From: a virus
Taxonomy: Duplodnaviria > Caudoviricetes
Virus record (IMG/VR): IMGVR_UViG_3300028804_000002
Coordinates: 32,001-96,000 of that record
Length of the DNA stretch: 64,000 nucleotides
Direction: 5' to 3' (one strand)
In this document: positions 57,644 to 64,000 of the stretch, piece after piece
Numbering within the stretch: position 1 is the stretch's first letter
Layout: every line of letters starts with the position of its first letter
The notes under the pieces: model-generated
What the model was told of the DNA's origin: nothing
Seen by the model: only the letters and a program-made list of their open reading frames with translations
The model's database searches: none
Position numbers and translations under genes: made by a program

Positions 57644-58486
57644 CTATTTTAATTCAATAACTTCTAACATAAAAGGATCAATAAGATTTTCATTTTTGTC
57701 TCTTATGCCTCCGTCATTATTTATAATTTTAATTATTCTAATGATATTCCAGTCTAATTGTTTTTCACTAAGATAAGGTTTTAATGGTTTACCCCACATA
57801 GTTTTCATAGAACTAGCGATTTGTATAAATCCATCTGAATTATAATTTATTTTCAACTTCTTCCATTCTTCTTCTGATTTAAATACTATTTCGTAATTCT
57901 TTTCTTTTTTAGGTTCATCAGTTATATAAAAACCTGGTATTGGTGAAGATCCTATAAAGAACATATTTTTATTATTCTTTACATTATGATTAGATAAAGA
58001 ATCTCCGAGAATACCTATTATTTGTTTTGGTAATCTACAATTAGATATTTGCCAATTAGCACCAAATTCTACACAGCATTCTAAAAATGTCTTAAGTCGA
58101 AAAGAAGTATAATCTATCGTTTTAGTAATATCTTTTATATGAATAAAACCTCCTGGTATTAGTCCTTTAGTTCTAAATTTAGTTTTATTATCATCAATAA
58201 ATTCATCCACATTTACTTTTTGTCCAACTTTAAAACTATTATAGTTTCTGGTTAGAGTAACTTCATCATCTACTTTTACATTCATATTATATAATGGATC
58301 AGCTAATATACTTAATTTATTAAAATCATTAGTAAGTATAGTAAACTGATCGGTATGTATATGGTCACTTGTTATATTTGTGACTCTACCTATAGAATAC
58401 TTTGGTATACTTACACCTATTGCTTCATCACATATAACCCATTTATTTATAAGATCATCAATTAATTTTATTTTTACCTTATTCAT
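57644..58486 (-). CDS. Hypothetical protein
   Basis: 280-aa ORF. Confidence 0.55.
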   Translation of the reverse strand: MNKVKIKLIDDLINKWVICDEAIGVSIPKYSIGRVTNITSDHIHTDQFTILTNDFNKLSILADPLYNMNVKVDDEVTLTRNYNSFKVGQKVNVDEFIDDNKTKFRTKGLIPGGFIHIKDITKTIDYTSFRLKTFLECCVEFGANWQISNCRLPKQIIGILGDSLSNHNVKNNKNMFFIGSSPIPGFYITDEPKKEKNYEIVFKSEEEWKKLKINYNSDGFIQIASSMKTMWGKPLKPYLSEKQLDWNIIRIIKIINNDGGIRDKNENLIDPFMLEVIELK

Positions 58487-58902
58487 GTCTTCAAAAAATT
58501 TTTATCATCTTGTGTCAAGAGTGGTAGACCAAGAGTTTGATTACTCCATATATCTACTTGTTCGATTAATTCTGAAATTTCTGATTTTTTTAAATCAGAT
58601 ATTGATTTACATATAGTAATTTCATTACCTTCAATATTAGTACTATAACATAAACCAAAATGATATTTAAGCATTAATTTGATATCTTCTACTGTACTTC
58701 CAGTAAATTTAGCAATTTCTCTGAATTGTTTGTAGAGAAGTCTGATTTGTCTTACAGACTTATAATCTTTTTGATTGGTATATCTAAGAACTATAGTATC
58801 GCCTTCGTTTTGAAGTTTTAACCAATCTGTGATAAGTTCTCTATTTGAAATAATAAGCTTACCATTCTCTATAGTACCGAATATGTTTATTTGATCTCTC
58901 AT
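58483..58902 (-). CDS. NinB/YbcN-like recombination protein
   Basis: KSVRQIRLL...EIAKFTG...SISDL...SELIEQV. Confidence 0.55.
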   Translation of the reverse strand: MRDQINIFGTIENGKLIISNRELITDWLKLQNEGDTIVLRYTNQKDYKSVRQIRLLYKQFREIAKFTGSTVEDIKLMLKYHFGLCYSTNIEGNEITICKSISDLKKSEISELIEQVDIWSNQTLGLPLLTQDDKNFLKT

Positions 58903-58907
58903 AGATG

Positions 58908-58939
58908 CAAATATACACTAAATTTAGTAAAATTCCAAA
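58908..58939 (-). promoter_or_regulatory. Bacteroidota-type promoter
   Basis: TTTG-N20-TATATTTG, 5 nt before ATG. Confidence 0.75.
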
Positions 58940-58961
58940 AAAATTATTTCTTATTTATAAT

Positions 58962-58999
58962 AAAAAAAGATAGGGCCAACCAGGACGATTGACCCTATC
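58962..58999 (-). terminator. Intrinsic terminator
   Basis: Minus strand GATAGGGTCAATC...GGTTGGCCCTATC-TTTTTTT. Confidence 0.8.
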
Positions 59000-59004
59000 A
59001 TAAT

Positions 59005-59215
59005 TCTCAGAAATGGGGTTTCACCAGCCATCTCCTTACTTTTCTTAACAGCACATACACTTGGTAAAAAGCCAAGCTTTTGCTGGCTCTAAGGTGTCTA
59101 AGCTTCCCTACTCTGAATCAGAGCATACTATTAAATCCTTAGAACTTAATACCACCTTCCTAAACAAATCTTCGAGTATTAGGTTCCGTTTTGCACAAGC
59201 ATTGGGAGCTTTATT
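59005..59215 (-). ncRNA. Candidate structured ncRNA of unknown class
   Basis: No long ORF, GC above background, nested helices (59100-108 with 59204-211; 59141-153 with 59175-187; hairpins 59109-125 and 59009-035). Confidence 0.4.
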
Positions 59216-59234
59216 TACGATTTGTTGAACACTA

Positions 59235-59313
59235 TGGTATACAGAACGGATTCGAACCGTTCATGACAATCAGGTTTTGGAGTCCCTCATGTCCCTACAT
59301 CACTAGCTGAGTG
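59235..59313 (-). tRNA. Degenerate tRNA-Trp(CCA)-like element (pseudo-tRNA)
   Basis: Perfect T-arm AACGG-TTCGAAT-CCGTT, CTCCAAA loop, 3' CCA; mismatched acceptor and anticodon stems. Confidence 0.5.
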
Positions 59314-59327
59314 AACTTGTAGGTCTC

Positions 59328-59612
59328 CTATTTGTTTTCAGACAATATCTCTCGTGAGAGAGTATCTGCTGAAGTATAGATACTCATACCATTGCTGTGA
59401 TATGTTTTCTGTATCTTATATTTCCAATAATAGTTTTTGCCAGCATTATAATTACTGACAAGTTTTTTTGCTTTATCTGCTTTTATGTTGTCTTTGATAG
59501 TTATAACAAAAGTTGGCTGATTTTTTGCTACTTTATTTCTTACTATGATGTAAGAAGAAAATAAAACAATACCAAATAAACACAACATAGAAGCTATAAT
59601 ATAATTTCTCAT
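59328..59612 (-). CDS. Membrane-anchored hypothetical protein
   Basis: N-terminal TM helix. Confidence 0.5.
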   Translation of the reverse strand: MRNYIIASMLCLFGIVLFSSYIIVRNKVAKNQPTFVITIKDNIKADKAKKLVSNYNAGKNYYWKYKIQKTYHSNGMSIYTSADTLSREILSENK

Positions 59613-59614
59613 TT

Positions 59615-60505
59615 TTAGCTTTTAAATGGAGTATTCCAACCGGACTCAGTGTAAACATCAGAGCCAGACTTTGGCAGAAGCAGAATTGATAACAATGGTG
59701 TTACCAATAACGTACCTACAACAGCAAGTATGTTATATACAGGGTTACTGTTGATGTAAATGTTGGTAAACAACGACAGTCCCAGGAACAGTACAGAAGC
59801 AACAGCCAAACATGTTGTAAACAACATTGTACTTTCATTTCTGTACACAAAGCCTTTAATGGCCCTGGCTACGCTGAAATCGTTACCCCACTTATGAACC
59901 ATTGCCCATTTGTCATCTGCTTTGAAGAACAAAACGGGGTCCCAATCACGAACCTGGCGGATCTTTTCAGGTTTTGGACGTACAGACAGATTGAACATTG
60001 AAGGCGGAGCCATAATGGCAAAATCGTTTTTCAGTTGATGATCATCGAACTTAAAAGGAACATAGTTCTCTTTTGCACGAAGTTGCTCAATTGTGCAGTT
60101 TTCTCTTTCTGCACGATCAGCATCTCTGCTGTCACAGATTTTCTTCTGCATTTCTTTGATCTTAGCAGCAACTTCCACATCAAAGCTTCCAATGAAGTTA
60201 GAAGTTGGTAAGAATTTGAGCTTATATTTCATGCAAAGCTCTTTGATCTCATCAGGAGTGAATACTCTCGAGCCATAATAGTTTTCTGCTTTTTCGAGTA
60301 CAATAGCAGCTCCTTGCATATCGTGAATTACTTTATTAATGGAATTACTACCAATAAGTTGTAAAATACGCTTATCTTCCAATTCTGCATAACCAAGCAA
60401 GCCTTTAACTTCGTTAAGACCAGCATCAGCTAAAATTGTATTTACTTGTGCTTTTTTGGAATCACTGGTTGCAACCAGTTCATCTTCGAGATTTACCTTT
60501 CTCAT
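59615..60505 (-). CDS. Hypothetical protein with two C-terminal TM helices
   Basis: WDPVLF...HKWGNDFS; higher GC than neighbours. Confidence 0.6.
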   Translation of the reverse strand: MRKVNLEDELVATSDSKKAQVNTILADAGLNEVKGLLGYAELEDKRILQLIGSNSINKVIHDMQGAAIVLEKAENYYGSRVFTPDEIKELCMKYKLKFLPTSNFIGSFDVEVAAKIKEMQKKICDSRDADRAERENCTIEQLRAKENYVPFKFDDHQLKNDFAIMAPPSMFNLSVRPKPEKIRQVRDWDPVLFFKADDKWAMVHKWGNDFSVARAIKGFVYRNESTMLFTTCLAVASVLFLGLSLFTNIYINSNPVYNILAVVGTLLVTPLLSILLLPKSGSDVYTESGWNTPFKS

Positions 60506-60515
60506 TTAATGTGTT

Positions 60516-60788
60516 TTAATTGGTTATTAATTGTTCTTCTTTTATTGAAGTTTCTTTTGTATGGCCATCAGAAAATATCATGTTTTGAAGATATAATTGA
60601 CGACCTTTATCTGTTAATTCATATCTTCCACTACCACAATAATCTACTAATCCTATTGATGTAAGATAATTTGGTATAGTACTTTCAAGTCCAAAATGCT
60701 TTTCTCTTGGTTTATCTCCTATAGAAAAAAGAATAAATTTTTCATGATCATTTAATTCATCAAGTTTTATTTCTCCAGTCTTATTCAT
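60516..60788 (-). CDS. Small winged-helix-like protein
   Basis: YLTSIGLV...YELTDKGR. Confidence 0.5.
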   Translation of the reverse strand: MNKTGEIKLDELNDHEKFILFSIGDKPREKHFGLESTIPNYLTSIGLVDYCGSGRYELTDKGRQLYLQNMIFSDGHTKETSIKEEQLITN

Positions 60789-60809
60789 TACTCACATTTA
60801 AACTATTAT

Positions 60810-61280
60810 TCAATTCAAATTATCCTCTTTTGCTAATCTTGATAAGCTATATCCATGAGATAAAGCAAATTCTGGATTCTGTTCAATATAAGAATGACAG
60901 CTCTGACAAACAGCTAAAAAATATCTTTTATCAAATAAAAGTTCTCCAATTCTACCCTTCTTGTGATGTATTTGTAGCCCTATAGCTTCATAATCTATAG
61001 TAGGTATTAAACACCCTGTAAGCTTAGCTTCACAGCATTTATGAGCCTCTAAATACTCTATACGAGCCTTTTTATAAAGCTTTGCTTTTTCTTTACCTCG
61101 CTCAGCTGTGTAACCATCAGCTTTTTCAAGAAGTTTCTTGGATTTTTTCTTAGTTTGTTTAGCTTTTTCTTTACTATTTCTTCTTAATTGATCCCAATAA
61201 TGGTATTTACAAAGACCTTTAACTTCAGCCTCGTATTTACAACCATTAATCTTACATAAATTGTCGTACTTTACTCTCAT
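60810..61280 (-). CDS. HNH endonuclease-like protein
   Basis: CKINGC...GLCKYHY; CEAKLTGC...IHHKKGR...CQSCH. Confidence 0.75.
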   Translation of the reverse strand: MRVKYDNLCKINGCKYEAEVKGLCKYHYWDQLRRNSKEKAKQTKKKSKKLLEKADGYTAERGKEKAKLYKKARIEYLEAHKCCEAKLTGCLIPTIDYEAIGLQIHHKKGRIGELLFDKRYFLAVCQSCHSYIEQNPEFALSHGYSLSRLAKEDNLN

Positions 61281-61285
61281 GGGAG

Positions 61286-61317
61286 CAAATGTACAACAAT
61301 TTTGTTATATTACCAAA
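61286..61317 (-). promoter_or_regulatory. Bacteroidota-type promoter
   Basis: TTTG-N20-TACATTTG, 5 nt before ATG. Confidence 0.75.
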
Positions 61318-61321
61318 TAAA

Positions 61322-61810
61322 TTATGCATGATGATGAATTGATTCATCACTTGGCTGTGATACTTTCATTTTTATTACCTTTGCAGGATCTGAAAAGAAT
61401 CTTTTGCCAATTTCTTCTCTTTGTTCAGGACTTAAATTTGCAATTATTTTAGTAATGTATTTTAATTTAGGTTTTTTTGTTGAAATACTACCATTTTGAG
61501 ATTTAATATAAGTATCCCAAATGTATTTTTTCTGCTCTTTTGTGAGGATATCCCAGGCATCAATAACTTTACAAATTGTCATATTACGTAACCCTTGTTT
61601 GGTTACATTTTCAGCAATTTTTACTGTTATTGATTTTTGCAGAACAACAGGATTTTCAGCTTTTTGTCCTTCTTCAGGTTTTTCAACCTTTTTTCTTAAA
61701 AAGCAAGTAGCCACTATACCTGTATATTGTGCTCTACTCATTTGTTTACCCAAAAATTGTTTGTAATGCCATGATATATAATAATCAAGGCCATTAATTG
61801 TGATCTTCAT
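61322..61810 (-). CDS. Hypothetical protein
   Basis: ORF track. Confidence 0.55.
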   Translation of the reverse strand: MKITINGLDYYISWHYKQFLGKQMSRAQYTGIVATCFLRKKVEKPEEGQKAENPVVLQKSITVKIAENVTKQGLRNMTICKVIDAWDILTKEQKKYIWDTYIKSQNGSISTKKPKLKYITKIIANLSPEQREEIGKRFFSDPAKVIKMKVSQPSDESIHHHA

Positions 61811-61822
61811 GATTTTATCATT

Positions 61823-62287
61823 TTAAATTAAACCTCTTTGTACAAATTCTTCGTAGATTTCTTGTTTAGTTAAACCCACTATTTTTCTGGGTAAAGCATT
61901 TTTCGTTTCACCCATATCTTCAGCTATCATATCCTCCACAAAATATAAAAGATTGTAGTGTTTCTTTACTATATTTTGTTTTTGAATACTAAGTTCTATT
62001 TTTTGTTTTTCAATTGTTAAATATTTGTTTATTATCTCATTGGTCTTTCGGTTTTTTAAAATGTTAACAATTAAGTGTCCTTCTTTGCTCTGTAACACTT
62101 CTAAAAACTTCTTATATTTGTCTTCAGGTATTCTGAAAATTGTTGATATAGGTAATATTTTACTCATATCATATTTAGGAGCAATTTCATGACTATATGG
62201 TTTAAGTTTGTTATTCTCCTCTTCAAATAAAGTACAAACTACATTATCTTCGTTTGGTTTAAATCTAATAAGTGCTACAGTAGTCAT
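61823..62287 (-). CDS. Hypothetical protein
   Basis: ORF track. Confidence 0.55.
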   Translation of the reverse strand: MTTVALIRFKPNEDNVVCTLFEEENNKLKPYSHEIAPKYDMSKILPISTIFRIPEDKYKKFLEVLQSKEGHLIVNILKNRKTNEIINKYLTIEKQKIELSIQKQNIVKKHYNLLYFVEDMIAEDMGETKNALPRKIVGLTKQEIYEEFVQRGLI

Positions 62288-62298
62288 TTTGTTGGAAT

Positions 62299-62850
62299 TT
62301 AATTGGTTAGAAATGAATTTGTAGAAGCAAGATCACCTTTGTAATCTAATAATTCTTTGGTTGATTTTATCTTAACATTTTTTGCTGCATTAGAGTGATC
62401 AGAACCCATCATTGGATAATTTTTAGAAGCAATCATATTTGCTTCTGTAAGTCTTTCTAAAGGATCTTCCTTTTTTGAATTTTCAAGAGTCTCAAAAAAT
62501 GTTTTGGTATAATCTTTTCCAGCATTATATAATGGATTATCCCATAAATTTCTTATAAAATTAAGTAATATTAGATTCTTGTTATAATCGTTTTTCAGTA
62601 GTTGATATTTAATATAAACAACATTTTCTCTTTTTAAAAAAACACAGGGAGTTATTTGATTTATAATTCCAATAAGTAGTTCCTGATATTTTTTGGTTTC
62701 AGGTTCTTCATAATTGGTTATATAAATATACTTTGGTCCATTTTTTACTAAAAAAGTTTTAATTCCAGCCCAACAAGAAGTATTATTATTTTTAGTAAAC
62801 ACTTTATTTACAAATCCGTAATAATGACAACCTATTCTTCTTCTTAACAT
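62299..62850 (-). CDS. Hypothetical protein
   Basis: SCWAG, LNFIRNLW, DHSN motifs. Confidence 0.55.
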   Translation of the reverse strand: MLRRRIGCHYYGFVNKVFTKNNNTSCWAGIKTFLVKNGPKYIYITNYEEPETKKYQELLIGIINQITPCVFLKRENVVYIKYQLLKNDYNKNLILLNFIRNLWDNPLYNAGKDYTKTFFETLENSKKEDPLERLTEANMIASKNYPMMGSDHSNAAKNVKIKSTKELLDYKGDLASTNSFLTN

Positions 62851-62862
62851 AATTTTTAATTT

Positions 62863-62900
62863 AAAAAATAAGGCCCTCTAATTTTATTTAAAGGGCCTTT
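62863..62900 (-). terminator. Terminator downstream of tmRNA
   Basis: Minus strand AAGGCCCTTTAA...TTAGAGGGCCTT-ATTTTTT. Confidence 0.7.
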
Positions 62901-62941
62901 CGGGTTTAAGCATCAGCGGGAAGTGCTAACAATTTAAATAG

Positions 62942-63307
62942 TGGAGGTGTCCGGGGCGAACCGGAGTCCAAACATTGATTAATAAACCTATTCTTACAAG
63001 CTTAGTACTGTATTTCTACTGCACCGTAAGGGGCTCGAATGCCGAGCGCTCCACCAGATGGTTCAAAACCAACAATTCTGCTTTTTTGATATCGATTATG
63101 TTCCTAAGGAGATACCTACCTTGTGCAATTAAGCGGCCATTTTTACTGAGTAAGAAGAACCTGCTTTTCTGCTGGAGAAAGCCATATTGATGATCTTTGC
63201 TCCGTTGTTTGACGTTTTGTCATTTATTGTTTAGTGATTATTTTAAGAATCACTGACTATTGCTTGCAGATTTACCTTTCAAATGCTGTCAAAACATACA
63301 CACCCCC
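62942..63307 (-). ncRNA. ssrA: tmRNA
   Basis: 5' GGGGGTG...TTTTGACAGC pairs with 3' CACCTCC-A (G3:U wobble); GGAC-TCCGG-TTCGCC-CCGGA T-arm; 366 nt; tag ORF 63221-63129 DKTSNNGAKIINMAFSSRKAGSSYSVKMAA*. Confidence 0.9.
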
Positions 63308-63317
63308 ACTTTCTATA

Positions 63318-63941
63318 TTAATTAACGGCTGATAATAATGGATTTATTGTAAAATAATCTTCTCTTCCATGTACACCCTTTCCAACAATTCTTATAAATT
63401 GTCTGTTACTTGAGTGCTTTTGATTAATACACTCATGCGGTGTAAATATACTAATTTTAGCAAGTTCTCCTTCTTTAAGGAGTATACCTGTATTTTCAGG
63501 ATAGTTATCAATATATGCACTAAGATCACCATCTTCAGTGAAAGATCTATCTTCAACATCCCATACTCTGCAGGTATTTGAAATACTATTGGCTATCAAT
63601 ACCATAGTATCATCATCAAGAATGGTTTTGTAACCTCCACCCCAACTACCTCCTTCACTTCCTCCCCAATGATTTTTATTACTTCCAACTTCAATATGAA
63701 CATTTCTTTTAATTCCAGATGCATTATAACCCCTTTGAGATGATCCTCCTTTTACAAAAGATTCATTTATTGTCAAAAAACCAATTTCTCCTTTTTCAAG
63801 AAAATTGTTATTTATTATGTCAGAATATGATTTATACTGGGATGGTAAAGAAGAAGCATCACCTTGTATAAAGGGCATCATGTGACAATTAACACCAGAA
63901 AATTGTGGAAATAATATATTTCCAATTATTAATTTATTCAT
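63318..63941 (-). CDS. Putative 2OG-Fe(II) oxygenase-like protein
   Basis: FLTINE, SQR, VHIE, TPHEC...RQFIRI. Confidence 0.55.
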   Translation of the reverse strand: MNKLIIGNILFPQFSGVNCHMMPFIQGDASSLPSQYKSYSDIINNNFLEKGEIGFLTINESFVKGGSSQRGYNASGIKRNVHIEVGSNKNHWGGSEGGSWGGGYKTILDDDTMVLIANSISNTCRVWDVEDRSFTEDGDLSAYIDNYPENTGILLKEGELAKISIFTPHECINQKHSSNRQFIRIVGKGVHGREDYFTINPLLSAVN

Positions 63942-64000
63942 AAATTTGATTAGGTATCGTCAAATTCTTTTTTAATTTTTTTAATTTCTTCTAGAGGTAT

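Noticed and set aside
1280-61766. Many short opposite-strand or nested ORFs in the track (e.g. 1280, 3143, 13090, 22319, 24231, 35096, 42091, 53399, 60093, 61521)
   Set aside because: Shadow frames of well-supported genes, with Phe/Ile-rich composition typical of AT-rich antisense
62896-62935. Possible hammerhead-like ribozyme after tmRNA (CTGATG...CGAAA on minus strand)
   Set aside because: Core reads CTGATGC rather than CTGANGA, and the required stems are missing
62975-63190. 71-aa + strand ORF
   Set aside because: Antisense to the tmRNA; TTG start; explained by the RNA gene
1-64000. Stop-codon reassignment (common in some crAss-like phages)
   Set aside because: Long conserved genes are intact under code 11; TAA, TGA and TAG all end genes at sensible positions; no suppressor tRNA seen
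1-64000. CRISPR array, diversity-generating retroelement, integrase or IS element
   Set aside because: No spaced direct repeats, reverse transcriptase, recombinase or transposase motifs seen

Overview
AT-rich (~25-28% GC by eye) segment of a large lytic dsDNA phage genome of a Bacteroidota host, most like a crAss-like (Crassvirales-type) environmental phage. Genetic code 11 fits. Layout: (1) 3' part of a giant virion-ejected-type protein on + (open from base 2 to 4612). (2) A long minus-strand replication/metabolism block (4629-44924): metallophosphoesterase, PolB, class II RNR, dUTPase, PD-(D/E)XK nucleases, primase, SSB, AAA ATPase, DnaB-like helicase, ATP-dependent ligase, NAD salvage pair, truncated HisRS, CDGSH Fe-S protein. 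It also holds a ~9.4 kb peptide/amide-ligase operon (COOH-NH2 ligase, amidoligase, ATP-grasp, three glutamine amidotransferases, GGCT, GNAT-like proteins) and a second satellite ligase+GGCT pair. (3) An oppositely oriented + strand island (45.1-57.4 kb) of fibre/decoration proteins, SGNH esterase, beta-helix depolymerase, glycosyltransferase, methyltransferase, homing endonuclease and lysis genes. (4) Minus-strand hypothetical genes with non-coding RNAs. Elements not in the ORF track: a 6S-Flavo-like RNA (10509-10619), a tmRNA with a 30-aa tag (62942-63307), a degenerate tRNA-Trp-like element followed by an unclassified structured RNA (59.0-59.3 kb), recurring Bacteroidota TTTG-N19/20-TAnnTTTG promoters, and a deleted homing endonuclease remnant. 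All family calls come from motifs recognised by eye, not from database searches.
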